Position numbers and translations under genes: made by a program
The notes under the pieces: generated by a model
What the model was told of the DNA's origin: nothing
Seen by the model: only the letters and a program-made list of their open reading frames with translations
The model's database searches: none
Source of the DNA: an uncultured delta proteobacterium
Lineage (GTDB): Bacteria > Myxococcota_A > Polyangia > Polyangiales > Polyangiaceae
Assembly (NCBI GenBank): GCA_963716725.1
Contig: CAVQUB010000013.1
Coordinates: forward strand, 128,001-192,000
Length of the DNA stretch: 64,000 bases
Direction of reading: 5' to 3'
Shown: positions 20,960-32,416 of the stretch, in pieces
Layout: the number at the start of each line of letters is the position of its first letter
Numbering within the stretch: the stretch's first letter is position 1

Positions 20960-21226
20960 CTTCGTACTCCCTGAGTGCGCCCCTCTTGTCTGCGTCGTTC
21001 GAGGGGACACAATAGCACTCCGTGTCGGGGGTGCGCGGGTGCGCGGGCGCGCGGGGCTCTTCAGCGGCTTCGCCAGGGAGTTTTCGCCTCGGGATTCAGA
21101 GCGGCGCCTTCGCAGCTTCGTGCGCGCCCCAGCCCACCCCCGCTCGAACCGGACCACGGGATCGGGTATGCTTCACTTCTCATCGGTCCTCCGCCTCGAC
21201 TACCGAGCGGGGGTGGGATCCCCGCC

Positions 21227-22198
21227 ATGTCGAAGCGCCTTCCCTGCATCAGCACCCTGGTCGCGCTGGCGCTGGCCCTCGCGGGTGGACCTAGCTGCAG
21301 CTCCGAAGACGGCGGCGTGGCCGGGGGCGGAAAACCCGGCGCCGGCGGCTCGAGCGGAGGTGGTGGCAGCGGGGCGAGCTCCTCCAGCGGCGGCGGGCTC
21401 AACGTCGGTGGCGGCTCGAGCGGAGGCAGCGCGGGTGACGGCGGCCCGGCCACCGGCAACGAGGACACCTGCGACGGCATCGACAACGACAAGAACGGCA
21501 TCATCGACGACGTGGACAAGGGCAAGGACGGCATCTGCGACTGCCTGCGCATAGCCACGCTCGGAAACCCCGGAACGGTCGGGCAGCCCAACGTGTTCGA
21601 CGCCTGGCTCGCGACTCGCAGCACTTACGGCACTACCGCGCTGAAGGACCAGACTCTCACGGCGGACCTGCTGAAGGAGTTCCAGGTCATCGTCAGCCAG
21701 AACGTCAGCCTGAACCACGCCTACTCCGCCGCAGAGGTGAGCGCGCTGGGCGCTTGGATCAAGGCCGGTGGGGGCTTCATGACGTTGATCGGCTACGCCG
21801 ATCCGAGCGAGATCCAGAACGTGAACAAGCTGCTCGCGCCCCATGGCATGAGCTACGGTCCGGAGCAGATCCTGCAGAAGCAGGGAGCGAACACCGTGCC
21901 CGTCACCAACTGGGTGGCCCACCCGGTGACCAACGGCGTGACGATGATCGGCGTGGACAACGGCTACCCGGTCAACGGCGCAGGCCTGGTCCTGGCGACC
22001 GAGCAGAGCTGGAACCTGCTGCGCGCGCAGGAGGTCTCGGCGGGCAAGGTGCTGGTGTGGGGTGACGAATGGCTCACCTTCGACAGCGAGTGGAGCGGGC
22101 ACCCGGAGTACCAGGTGGAGCTGTTGTGGCTGAACGCCATCAAGTGGCTCACCCCCGCCAACAACTGCCAAGTCCCGATCCCCCCCAGCATCAAGTGA
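21227..22198 (+). CDS. Lipoprotein with Gly linker, CDGIDND metal-binding motif and GATase-like domain
   Basis: Lipobox, Gly-rich linker, EDTCDGIDNDKNGIIDD, GKVLVWGDEW. Confidence 0.75.
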   Translation: MSKRLPCISTLVALALALAGGPSCSSEDGGVAGGGKPGAGGSSGGGGSGASSSSGGGLNVGGGSSGGSAGDGGPATGNEDTCDGIDNDKNGIIDDVDKGKDGICDCLRIATLGNPGTVGQPNVFDAWLATRSTYGTTALKDQTLTADLLKEFQVIVSQNVSLNHAYSAAEVSALGAWIKAGGGFMTLIGYADPSEIQNVNKLLAPHGMSYGPEQILQKQGANTVPVTNWVAHPVTNGVTMIGVDNGYPVNGAGLVLATEQSWNLLRAQEVSAGKVLVWGDEWLTFDSEWSGHPEYQVELLWLNAIKWLTPANNCQVPIPPSIK

Positions 22199-22454
22199 TC
22201 TCAGGCCCGACGTTCGACTCGAGGCGGAGCGACCAAGGTGAGCGTGGCCAAAGACTGTTCGAGCTCAACGCCAACAAGGATGGCGCCGCTCGGACCCGCG
22301 ATGAATCGGTCGACCCCGTCGGCGCTTGCGTGGCTTCAGCGCCGGCGAGTTCGGCGAACGCGGTGAAGGCCACCACGGTCGTGTGCACCACCCGTCCCAC
22401 CGCACTCGTTTTCGTTGGTCAGTAGCGTATCGGTCGCGGGACCCTGCGCCCGGC

Positions 22455-23432
22455 TCAGGGCGTGGCCGGTGGGCCTACGGTGTAGCGCGCTGTGGCGAGG
22501 GTCTTTCCCGCTCGGGACACCTCGACGCGGTACTTGCCCGCCCGCCAGCCAGCCGTCGGCTTCTTGATGTTCGACCACAGAGTGACGTTTTCGAGGGGTG
22601 CGCTGGAGGACACTTTCAGCTCGGTATTTGCCGTCGCCATGACCTTGTCGGCACCGCCTTCGGCGATCCACTGGACCTGGTACTTGCTGTCTGCGCTCGG
22701 CACGTCCTTGCTGCGGTAGGACATCCGGATCTCCGGCGCGTCCTCGGGGAAGTGATCCGTGCGGTCCACGCACTGCTCGTTGACCAAGACGCGACAAGTG
22801 AAGGTGCCGAATGGCAACTCACCGGTCGGTCCGGCCACCTTCGTGAGCTTGGCACCGTCCACGGTCACGCTCCAGACGCCGTCGACCTCCTTCGGTTCTT
22901 CGTCGATCTTGAACGTGGTCTTGATTCCGACCAAGCTGACGTCGAAGGCATCGCGCCGGAACTCCTTGACCGAGGCGCCGGTCAAGGTCTTGTTCACCGC
23001 ACCGGACTTGCGCGTGTAGTCGACTCCACCTTTCTCGTCGATGCGCAGGTGCATGCCGTCGCCCTCCCAGGTGCCGACGAACTTGGCCTGGTATTCCTTG
23101 ATTGCGGTTGCGTTTGCGGCGGCGTGCTCCTGGTTGGCCGTTTCTACCTTGGCCTCGAGCTCCGCAATCTCCTTGTCCGCAGCGGTGTTGAGCGCGGTGA
23201 GGGCCTTGGCCCTTTCCGACTCGCCTGCGGGAAGCTTGTCGTGGGCCTCCTGGTACGCCTGCCGCTTGGCTTCCACGGTCGCCTTCATGGGCGGATGCGC
23301 CTTCTCGACCAGAGCGTCGTAGTCCTTGACGTTATTGCGATAGCCGGACTCGGCCATGCTCAGGTCGCCGCACGCGAGGAGCGCGGCCAGGAGCACCAGC
23401 AGCGAGATGCTGGGGAAACGCGGTTGAGCCAT
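22455..23432 (-). CDS. Hypothetical lipoprotein
   Basis: LLAC lipobox; helical N-terminal region and beta-rich C terminus. Confidence 0.75.
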   Translation of the reverse strand: MAQPRFPSISLLVLLAALLACGDLSMAESGYRNNVKDYDALVEKAHPPMKATVEAKRQAYQEAHDKLPAGESERAKALTALNTAADKEIAELEAKVETANQEHAAANATAIKEYQAKFVGTWEGDGMHLRIDEKGGVDYTRKSGAVNKTLTGASVKEFRRDAFDVSLVGIKTTFKIDEEPKEVDGVWSVTVDGAKLTKVAGPTGELPFGTFTCRVLVNEQCVDRTDHFPEDAPEIRMSYRSKDVPSADSKYQVQWIAEGGADKVMATANTELKVSSSAPLENVTLWSNIKKPTAGWRAGKYRVEVSRAGKTLATARYTVGPPATP

Positions 23433-23551
23433 CGGGGCACCCTAGCAGGGGTTGGGTCACCGATAGCGCGAAACCGGCGCGGCACGCCGGTCTCTCTCGA
23501 GGGCAGCCGGGGGTTCCGAGTCCGCGCCTCGTCCGGCCAGGAGCCTACCGC

Positions 23552-25270
23552 CTACCTGCGCGCGGCGGCGACGAGGGAATTCACGAGTTCGAGCAGGGCC
23601 TCCCTCGCAAAGGGCTTCTGGATGACGTGGTTGGGGACCCGAGACAGGTACTCGGTCGTTCGCTCGGTGAACACGCCGCCGGTCATGAAGACGACGTTCG
23701 CTGCCAACCGCGGCTGGGCCACCTGAAGCCAGGCATGCAGATCTGCGCCCGACACGTCCGGCATCATCAAGTCGCAGAGCACCAAGTCGAAGCTCGGATC
23801 GCGCGCCAGGAGTTCTTGTGCTTCGCGCCCCGAGCCGACCGCCACGACGTCGTGCGTGACTCGGAGCACGCGCTCGAAGATCCGACGGAGGCCTTCTTCG
23901 TCATCGACCACGAGCACACGCCCACGCTCGCAGGCCGCCGGCGCCGCACTCGGTGCTCGACGAACCGGCTGCGTCTCAGCGGCCGCCTTGGGCAAACAGA
24001 CGAGGAAACGCGAGCCCTCGCCGAGCACGCTCGTCACTTTGATGTCACCCCCCAGATCCCGGACAATGCGGCGCGAAATGCCCAGTCCGAGCCCGCTTCT
24101 CCGTAGCACCGACCCCGTGGTGAACAGCGGATCGAAGATCTTCTCCAGATCCTCGGCCGAGATCCCGCTGCCGGTGTCCGAGACCTCGCAGTAGACCTGA
24201 GCTTCGTGGGACCACGTCCGGAGCATGATGCGATTCTTGCTGAATGCGCCTTCTTGTATCGCTTGCGCCGCGTTCAGAAGGAGATTCAGAAAGACCTGGG
24301 TCAGCTCGCCCGCCGAGCCCCAAATCTTGGGAGTATCGCCGAGCTCTTTGACGACGGTGGCACGGTGGCGAGTCTCGTTGGCCACGAGTTGGATCGCGCG
24401 TTCGAGCACGACAGCCAAGTCGACTGATGACGGCTCGGCCCGGCCGGCTCCCGCGAGATCACCGAGCCCTCGCGCAACTTCGTGGATACGCTCGACTCCG
24501 TGCAGCGCGCTCTTCGCCAACTCGAGCGTCGTGCCGCCGCCAACTGGCTCACTCGTCTCGGAGCGCTCTAGCGCGTTGATTACGTCGTGCAGATTGGCCA
24601 GCACGTAGCTCAGCGGGTTGTTGATCTCGTGGGCGACCCCGGCTGCGATCTCGCCGATGCTCGCCATGGTCTCGGCCTGCGCGAGCGCGACCTGGAGCGC
24701 GCGAGCGTCGGTCACGTCGGTCAAGCCCAGGCGCAGCATCGACTGCTCGCCCGCGCTATCTCCGACCCTGGTCGAGTCGATGCGCACGGATCGACGCGTC
24801 TCATCCGCCCTCACCAGTCGCAGCTCGCAGGAATGGGACGCCCCGACCCCTGTCAGCGCCTGACGGTGCAAGTAAAACGTGTCTTGGTCTTCGGGAACGA
24901 TCCAGCGCGTGAGCAGTTGGCCGGTGACCGCCGGCAGCAAAGCTCCGAGCAGAGCCAGCGCCATCGAATTGGCGTCCACGATCCGGCCGCCCTGGTCCAG
25001 GGTCAGATAGGCAACCGGCGCTCGCTCGTAGAGATCCCGATAGCGCGCTTGCGATGTTTCCATCTCCAGCCGCGCACGCTGAAGCTCGTCGTTCTGCAGC
25101 TCGAGCTCGATCTGGTGGACCGAAAGCTCGTGAAACAGCGCTACCCTCGCGCCGGCTTCCTCTGGAAGCTCGGGCCTGACCCCCTGCTCGGCCAGGCGCG
25201 TCTCGGCCCGCCGACGCAGCTCGTCCGGCTCCCGCGGGCCGCTGCCCTTTTTCCCATCGGCCTGGCTCAC
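23552..25270 (-). CDS. PAS hybrid sensor histidine kinase with receiver domain
   Basis: HQIELELQN, PAS, AHEINNPL, QVFLNLLLNA, DTGSGI, VLVVDDE, CDLMMPD. Confidence 0.92.
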   Translation of the reverse strand: MSQADGKKGSGPREPDELRRRAETRLAEQGVRPELPEEAGARVALFHELSVHQIELELQNDELQRARLEMETSQARYRDLYERAPVAYLTLDQGGRIVDANSMALALLGALLPAVTGQLLTRWIVPEDQDTFYLHRQALTGVGASHSCELRLVRADETRRSVRIDSTRVGDSAGEQSMLRLGLTDVTDARALQVALAQAETMASIGEIAAGVAHEINNPLSYVLANLHDVINALERSETSEPVGGGTTLELAKSALHGVERIHEVARGLGDLAGAGRAEPSSVDLAVVLERAIQLVANETRHRATVVKELGDTPKIWGSAGELTQVFLNLLLNAAQAIQEGAFSKNRIMLRTWSHEAQVYCEVSDTGSGISAEDLEKIFDPLFTTGSVLRRSGLGLGISRRIVRDLGGDIKVTSVLGEGSRFLVCLPKAAAETQPVRRAPSAAPAACERGRVLVVDDEEGLRRIFERVLRVTHDVVAVGSGREAQELLARDPSFDLVLCDLMMPDVSGADLHAWLQVAQPRLAANVVFMTGGVFTERTTEYLSRVPNHVIQKPFAREALLELVNSLVAAARR

Positions 25271-28200
25271 CCCGTCCCCCTAGCCTCGTGCCCCACGCTT
25301 GCTCGCTCGATCACGACCGACACGCAACTCAAGCCGACAATGTTGCCCACCGCGTCGTGCAGCGGGCGCACGTGCAGCGCGTGCCGCCGGGGTACGCCGT
25401 GGATGGTCGTCTGAAGCTCTGCAAAGATTGGCTGCCCGGTGTCGAGTACCGCCGTCTTGAGTTGGCTCAGGCCAACGGCTGGCTCGGCGCCGAGTATGTC
25501 CGCGTCTGTCTTGCCCAGCACTTGCTCCGTTCCGAGCGAGGGGACCGGGTTGACCGACCAGGTGTAGCGGAGGTCTCGGTCCTGGGTGAAGAGCGAGGTC
25601 GTGGACTCGAAGAGTGCAGCCCGCGTGCGCTCTTCGCTCTCGACCAGCGCTTGCTCGGCCTGTTTTCGCTCGACGATGTCCGAAGCCTGGCGCCCCACGA
25701 GCTCCAAGAGGCGCAGCGTCGCGTCCGTCGGGCGGTGTGGAGAGTCGAAAAACGCAGTCAGATTTCCCAGTGGCGCGCCCGAGCGGCGTGCCAGCGACAG
25801 GTCGACGAAAGCACGCACCCCCTCCGGAAGCCGCGTGTCCGAACCGAAGCTGTCGGCCGAAGCGGCCAGCTGGCTCGAATCTTCGACAACCACGGTCCCC
25901 GAAGCTCCCGGCGAGGTGCGGGCGAACCCTGGCATTTCGCCAGCGCCCTTCCCGTCGAGCCACCTCGTCGACAGTCCACGTTGCATGACGAGACTCAGCT
26001 CGCCCAAGGAGTCGATGAGCTGAATGCAGCCACGCTTCGTGCCCAAAATCGCAAGGGCGGCATCGAGCACTTCCTTCAAGAACTCCGGAACCGCGTCACC
26101 GCGCGCCGGAAGTGCTGCGACCTTCAGGAGCCCCGTCAGAGCCGCGACCTGCGCGGCCAGCGCGCCCTGGCTCGCCTGCAACTCCTCCGCACGGCGGCGC
26201 GCGGTGACGTCGACGAAGGTCACGACCGCTCCCTCGATCACGTTCTCCAAGGTTCGATACGGGCGGATCTTCATCAGGTACCACGCGCCGTCCAGCGCCT
26301 GGACCTGCCGCTCCCTCGGCACCAGATCGGCGAGCACGCCGCTCACGTCTTCGACCAAGCCGTCGTAGCCCATCAGGTTGGAAGCGATGTGAGATACGGG
26401 TCGGCCGACATCGGTCGGGATCAGATTGATGACCTCGGTTGCCGCTGGGGTGAACCTGGCGATCCGGAGGTCGTGGTCGACGAACAACGTGCCGACACCA
26501 GTGCCGGCCAATAGGTTGTTCATGTCGTTGTTGGCTCGGGAGAGATCGGTCACCTTGGTCTGAAGCTCCGCGTTGACGGTGGCCAGCTCTTCGTTGACCG
26601 ACTGCAGTTCTTCCTTCGAGGTTTCCATTTCCTCGTTGGTGGACTGCAGCTCCTCGTTCATGGACTGCATTTCCTCGTTGACGGACTTGAGCTCCTCGCT
26701 CGAGGTCTCCATTTCTTCGAGAGTGGTCTGTACGTACTGTTCCTTCGCGCGTAGCTCTCGTTCGAGCTCGATGATGCGGGCTCGGGCCGCCTGGTCGCCC
26801 CCGAGGTCGCCGTCCGCGTTGGCCGCTCCGGCCACGAGAGCGGGCTCCTCCGGGCGCGTCTCGAACACGACCAAATACGCGTCGGCAGCCGCTCCCTCCC
26901 CCGGATCGGCGGGCAACACCGTCAGATCGAGCGTCACGAAGTCGCCGTTGGTCCGCACCCGGATCCCCCGGTGACTGACCGGCGTCTTTCCAGCGACCGC
27001 CCGGTGCAGCGCTGTCGTGAGCTCGCGGCGTAGCCCCTCGCGCGCCATCGGCAAGATGTTGACCGCCGCATCGCCGGGAGCCGGCTCCAGGTACCTCCCG
27101 GTGCGCCCGTGGATGTAGGAGATTTCGCCGCGCGAGTTGACCAGCACCGCGCTCGAGGCGTGATAGCTCAACAACACCCGCTCGGTCAGCGCGCGCTGAT
27201 GGCCCTTGCCGTCTCGGTGGCCCGCCGTCGCACTCTCCGCCGCCTGCGCGCGAGCGAGCGGCAGCATGTCGCGGTGGAAAGCGGTGCGGAGCACACCCGC
27301 CGCGTCCGGCAGGCGGCGGTAGATCCTCCACTTTCGGTCGAGAGCCGCGAACAAGGTCGATGCCTCGCCGACCGTCTCCGACGAGCCGAGGAACAACACC
27401 CCGTCGTGCCTAAGAGCATAGTGAAAGATCTGAAATAGCCGGTTCTTCAGGGGTCCGGTCAGATAGATGAGCAGATTGCGGCACACGAGCAGGTCCAACT
27501 TCGAAAACGGCGGGTCCTTGCCCACGTCGTGCTCGGAGAACACGACCAGGTCGCGGATGGATCTTCCGGACCCGAAACGTGCCGTCCGGGTCCTGGTCGA
27601 AGAAACGCGCCAGGCGCTCCGGCGAGACGTCGGTAGCGATGTTGGCGGGATAGACGCCTGCGCGAGCGGTTTCGATCGCGTGCTTGGAGATGTCGGTCGC
27701 AAAGATCTGGACCTTGGCAGCGCTCTCGCGCCGTTCCAGCTGTTCGTGCCACATCATGGCGATCGAGTACGCCTCCTCGCCGGTCGAGCAGCCGCAGACC
27801 CAGACCCGGAAGGTCCCGCCCGGCGGGTCAGCGCCGAGAAGGGCCGGAAACGCGATCTGCTCGAGGGCCGCGAATGCCTCGGGATCCCGGAAGTAATTGG
27901 TGACGCCGATCAGGAGGTCGCGAAAGAGCGCGTCCAGCTCGGAGGGATCGCTCTGCAGCACGTGCACGTATTCGGCGGCGCGCTCGATCTGTTTGATCGC
28001 CATCCTCCGCTCCACCCGCCGGGCGAGCGTGCTCGACTTGTACTGCGAGAAGTCGTGTCCGGTCCTGGTGCGAAGCAGGACGCACGCCTTCTTGACGATG
28101 TCCTCGCTGCCGGACTTCGCTTCTGCGACCGCTACGGCGTGTCTGCCAAAGCGCGACGCACGTACTCGACGAGCTGCGCGGGCATCTCCGCCGGGGTGAG

Positions 28201-28800
28201 CACGTAGTCCACGAGACCGGTGGCGATGGCGCTCCGAGGCATGCCGTCGTACTCGGTCGACTCGGGGGTCTGCGCCATGGCCATGCCGCCCTCGCCCTTG
28301 ATTTCCCTCACCCCCAGCGTGCCGTCGCTGCCCGTGCCCGACAGCACGATGCAGATGGCGCGTTCGCGCTGGTCCATGGCCAAGGTGCGAAAGAAGAAGT
28401 CGACGGGGAGCCGCCTCCCCCGGGGCGCCGTCGGCTCGAGCAGCTGAAGGGTACCGGCGACCAGAGCCATGTCGCGGTTGGGCGGGATGATGTATGCGCA
28501 GCCCGATTCCACACGCATTCCGTCGGTGACCTCGCGCACCGGCATACGAGTGTAGCGGCGGACGAGCTCGGACAAGATGCTCTCGTGGTCCGGCGAGAGG
28601 TGCTGCACGAATACAAACGCCATGCCGATCTCGGAGTCGACCGGCATCGCGGAAAGGAACTGCTCAAAGGCCGCCAGCCCGCCGGCAGAGGCGCCGATGC
28701 CGACGACGGGGAACGCGGCTACCGCCGGGCCCACGGCGGACGTGAGCGCGCCGGGGGGAGCACCGTCAGCCTCTCTTGGTTCCGCGTCACAGTCGTCCAA
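25267..28800 (-). CDS. CheB/CheR fusion with coiled coil, PAS, GAF and PAS domains; two frameshifts
   Basis: GIGASAGGL and VLSGTGSDG (CheB); [10 protein letters not shown] and CRNLLIYL (CheR); [10 protein letters not shown]. Shifts near 28149 and 27561. Confidence 0.88.
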
Positions 28801-28978
28801 CGAAATCCCCCCTTTCGCGAGACAAGTTGCGTAGACGCGCAAGCGCCGGAGTGCAACCGCGTCGCGCAACCGCGCGCAAGAGTAGCCCCGCGAGGAAACC
28901 CGGGCAACCACGCGGTCTTCCTGCGCTTCCACTGAAGCGAAACTTCTGGGGAGGCCTCCGGGTGCTACGACTCACAGC

Positions 28979-29929
28979 ATGTTGCGGCGGACCTCACTGG
29001 CGCTCCTGCTCGCCTCGATGCTCGGCGGCTGCTCGTCCAACTCCGACGAGTCATCATCCGGTGACTCCAGCCCACAACTGGTGGCGGAAGGCGTCCACTT
29101 CAGCCTCTACGCGCTCGCCGGAGAATCCGTCTTCTGGGTGACGTGCTCCGACACCTGCGAGTTGAAGGTCACTCCCAAGGCCGGGGGTGTAACCAAGACT
29201 TTGGACTCGGAGCCAGAAATAGTCGCCGTGACGGGCGACGCAACGAGCGCGTACTACCTCGTATCAAAACCGACGACGACCGAAGTTCGGATGGTACCCA
29301 TCACCGGTGGCTCACCCGTGATAGCCGCAACGGTTGATGGTCACCCCTCGCACCTGGCCGTGACGGGGGCCTACGTCTACGCCGACGAGTGGAGGATCCC
29401 CAAGGCTGGGGGCACCGCCGAGCAGCAGCCGTCGATGTGTTCGGTATGGGCGTTGGTTGCGGACGGCGCCGCCGCCTACGCCATCGCGGGGACCACTGAT
29501 GCCAGTGGCTGCGAAGTGAACCATTCCGTCTTTGCGCTCGGTGCCGCGGCACCGACACTGCTGGCGGAATTCGCGCAGAGCGACCTGCTGGCGCTCAACG
29601 CGGGCTACGTCTACGGTGCGGCATACGACGGCGTCACGCTCCTCCGAGCGCCGCGTGCCGGCGGGGGTGCGGAGCACCTGCCGGTCACGAAACTGCAAGG
29701 GGTTCCGGTCGGTCTTGCCGCGGACGAGAAGTGGGTCTACTTCGCCAACGCCACGTTGGACGATCCGACCATCGCACGCGTTTCGGCCGCCCAAGGAGGC
29801 GCCATGAAAGCGCTCGTGCACGCTCCGGTGCACGACGTGAGCGTGGACGAGACTCACGTCTACTACCTGGGCGAGTACCTGGGACCCAAACAACATTCGT
29901 GGACGCTCTTCCGGATCCCGAAGTCTTGA
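28979..29929 (+). CDS. Beta-propeller lipoprotein
   Basis: LGGC lipobox; repeats LAADEKWVYF and VSVDETHVYY. Confidence 0.75.
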   Translation: MLRRTSLALLLASMLGGCSSNSDESSSGDSSPQLVAEGVHFSLYALAGESVFWVTCSDTCELKVTPKAGGVTKTLDSEPEIVAVTGDATSAYYLVSKPTTTEVRMVPITGGSPVIAATVDGHPSHLAVTGAYVYADEWRIPKAGGTAEQQPSMCSVWALVADGAAAYAIAGTTDASGCEVNHSVFALGAAAPTLLAEFAQSDLLALNAGYVYGAAYDGVTLLRAPRAGGGAEHLPVTKLQGVPVGLAADEKWVYFANATLDDPTIARVSAAQGGAMKALVHAPVHDVSVDETHVYYLGEYLGPKQHSWTLFRIPKS

Positions 29930-30031
29930 GCGAACCGTAGCGTCCACGGAGAGTGCGAGCGCGTTCACCGCTCGCGGGCCGGTTCGCACCCAAGCTGAGC
30001 GTTCTTCGGCCGAGCCGAGCGGCGAACAGAG

Positions 30032-31096
30032 TCAGTCGTCGTCGGGCAGATCGCCCGGTTCGTCCACCCCAGGCGGAGGCCCGCTACCCGGACTGCGCAT
30101 CCGCCGCGGACCTCGCGGGCCGCTGCCACGACCGCCTCGCGGTCCGTCGTCCACGGTGGCCGCGAGCTTGTCGCGCTGCTCGGGCTTGAGCACGCCCAGG
30201 AGCGCGTTCAGGTACTCGGCCTTCTTCTTCGCCATCTCCCGGTGGCGCTTCGCGTCGGCCCCGAACTCGAGCTTCGCCGCGCTGAAGGTGTCCTTTTCGA
30301 AGGCGGCGAGGAGCGCGTCCATCCGCTTCTTCATTTCTTCACGGGCATCGCCGCCCTTGTTACCTGCGCGACCGAGGTCGTGTTTCATCAAGATCGGCTC
30401 GACCTTTTTCTGCTGGTCCGCGTCCAGACCCAGCTCGCCTGAGAGGCGTTCCAAGCGGCGCTTGGCGCGCTCCGCGTCCCCGGCTTTGCCGTCCTTGCCG
30501 TCCTTGCCGTCCTTGCCGTCCTTGTCGTCCTTGTCCTGACCGCCGCGCTCCTTGAAGCGCCCCCCGCGATCCGCCTCGTGCTTCTTCACCGCCTCGACCA
30601 GCGCCTTGCGCTGCGCGGCGTCGAGCTCTTTGTGAAGCCCATCGAGCGCCTTCACTTCGGCGTCCTTGCGCTCGGCAGCAGCCTTGTCCAGCGCCGTCAA
30701 CGTGGGCTCGAGCTTGGCCAACTCCACTTTGCCGGCCTTCACGCCTTCGGTGAACGCCGCCTGCAGCGCCCGCTGGGACTCCGGATCGCTGGGCCCGCGC
30801 TCGCCCAGGGCCTCGCCGAGCTTGTCGATGCTGGCCTTCTTGTCCGCGGGGAGCTCGAGTTCGGAGGCCGCGGCGAACATCGGCCCGGCCAGACCACTGC
30901 GTGGCCGGCGCGGCTTGCGCGCGGGCTCGCTGCTGGCGGTCGGCGCTGCCGACGCGCTCGGCACGGGCTCGACCTTTGGTGTCGCGACGGGCATCGACGC
31001 CCCAGTGGTCGCAGGAGCCGAGGCGCTCGGCGAATTGTCGCAAGCGACAGCGGTGAGGAGCAGGGTCGAGTAGAGAACGGACTTGCTGAATGCCAT
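30032..31096 (-). CDS. Spy/CpxP-like helical lipoprotein
   Basis: AVAC lipobox; LTxxQ-like motifs LDAAQR, LDADQQ, LKPEQR. Confidence 0.7.
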   Translation of the reverse strand: MAFSKSVLYSTLLLTAVACDNSPSASAPATTGASMPVATPKVEPVPSASAAPTASSEPARKPRRPRSGLAGPMFAAASELELPADKKASIDKLGEALGERGPSDPESQRALQAAFTEGVKAGKVELAKLEPTLTALDKAAAERKDAEVKALDGLHKELDAAQRKALVEAVKKHEADRGGRFKERGGQDKDDKDGKDGKDGKDGKAGDAERAKRRLERLSGELGLDADQQKKVEPILMKHDLGRAGNKGGDAREEMKKRMDALLAAFEKDTFSAAKLEFGADAKRHREMAKKKAEYLNALLGVLKPEQRDKLAATVDDGPRGGRGSGPRGPRRMRSPGSGPPPGVDEPGDLPDDD

Positions 31097-31323
31097 CGAA
31101 ATCACCTCCGTGACGGCGCGGACCTTAATATGAAGCGGGACGCGGGGAAACTCGTTCGGCGCTTCGCCGGCGCCGGCGTCAGGCGCTCTGCTTCTTGTTC
31201 TGCCTGCTAGCCTTGCCGGCCCTGCGACCGTTGCGAACGATCCTGCGACCTTGGCTTGCTCGGCTGGCGTCAGAAACCTCGCGATGTCCGCCTTCTGGCG
31301 CGCGGCCGCCGAGATCGCGGCTC

Positions 31324-32406
31324 TCAATCCGCGCAGCAGCGGAACCCGCGGGACTGCTCGCGACTCATGCGTGTGAACTTGGCTTGCGCTGCGCACGCGA
31401 GTTCGGCGGGCTTCGACAAGTAGTGTCCGCCCCGGGCATAACACTCGTTGCTGACGTTGCACGAGTCCTCCCACTCGGAGGCGTTGCCGCTCATATCGTA
31501 CAATCCCGAGTATCCACCCTGGCAACTCGTCACGCTGCCCGCGGCCTGCTGCACCAAGAAGTTGCTGTTGTCGAGCCCCACGCAGGCGAAGTTGGACGGA
31601 ACCGGGCCGTAGGGATAGGGGAGTGCGCCGTTCTTGGTGCAAGCAAAGTGCCACTCGCTCTGGGCGGGATCGGTGTTCGATTTCGGCTCGACCGGTCCAC
31701 CGCCGATTTTTCCGCAAAGCCGCTTGCCCACGCCCTTGCAGTAGGCGTGCGCGTCGCACCAATCGACGCAAACCACCGGACGGTTGGGGTAGTTGACCGC
31801 GTTGTAGCCACAGGTTGGCAGATAGCTCGAGTTGCTGGGGCAACCGGCGGGTTGACCCGTTGTCGCGGGATTTGTTCCCAGCCAGGCTGCGTACTGCTTC
31901 TGCGTCACCTCGGTCACGTCGATGCACGTCGTCTTGGTTGGGCCCGGCACGAGCAGCATGTCGGCGGTGCCCGGGATGGACGGGCAAGTCGGCGCGCCGC
32001 CCCCCGTGCCACCGCCCGTGCCACCGCTGGGTGCTCCGCCGCCGCTGGGTGCTCCGCCGCCGCTGGGTGCTCCGCCGCCGCTGGGTGCTCCGCCGCCGCT
32101 GGGTGCTCCGCCGCCGCTGGGAGCTCCGCCACCGCTGGGAGCTCCGCCACCGCTGGGAGCTCCGCCACCGCTGGGAGCTCCGCCACCGCTGGGAGCTCCG
32201 CCACCGCTGGGAGCTCCGCCGCCGCTGGGAGCTCCGCCACCGCTGGGAGCTCCGCCACCGCCTCCGGCTCCAGCGAGCGCGCCGCCGCTACCGCCCCCCC
32301 CCGAGCCCGCGCCGCCCCCATCCGACGCGAGCTCGTAGCCGTCGAACGACACCATGCAGCCGCTCGCTCCGAGCGCGACCGTTGCCGCGACGGCTAGCCT
32401 CCGCAT
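31324..32406 (-). CDS. FGE-sulfatase (SUMF1-type) domain lipoprotein with (SGGGAP)n linker
   Basis: IDVTEVT, PVVCVDWCDAHAYC..GKRLC, EWHFAC, YDMSGNASEW, GFRCC. Confidence 0.9.
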   Translation of the reverse strand: MRRLAVAATVALGASGCMVSFDGYELASDGGGAGSGGGGSGGALAGAGGGGGAPSGGGAPSGGGAPSGGGAPSGGGAPSGGGAPSGGGAPSGGGAPSGGGAPSGGGAPSGGGAPSGGGAPSGGGAPSGGTGGGTGGGAPTCPSIPGTADMLLVPGPTKTTCIDVTEVTQKQYAAWLGTNPATTGQPAGCPSNSSYLPTCGYNAVNYPNRPVVCVDWCDAHAYCKGVGKRLCGKIGGGPVEPKSNTDPAQSEWHFACTKNGALPYPYGPVPSNFACVGLDNSNFLVQQAAGSVTSCQGGYSGLYDMSGNASEWEDSCNVSNECYARGGHYLSKPAELACAAQAKFTRMSREQSRGFRCCAD

Positions 32407-32416
32407 CCGACCGCCT

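Noticed and set aside
31324..31960. FGE-sulfatase domain as a diversity-generating retroelement target
   Set aside because: No reverse transcriptase or template repeat seen in the window.
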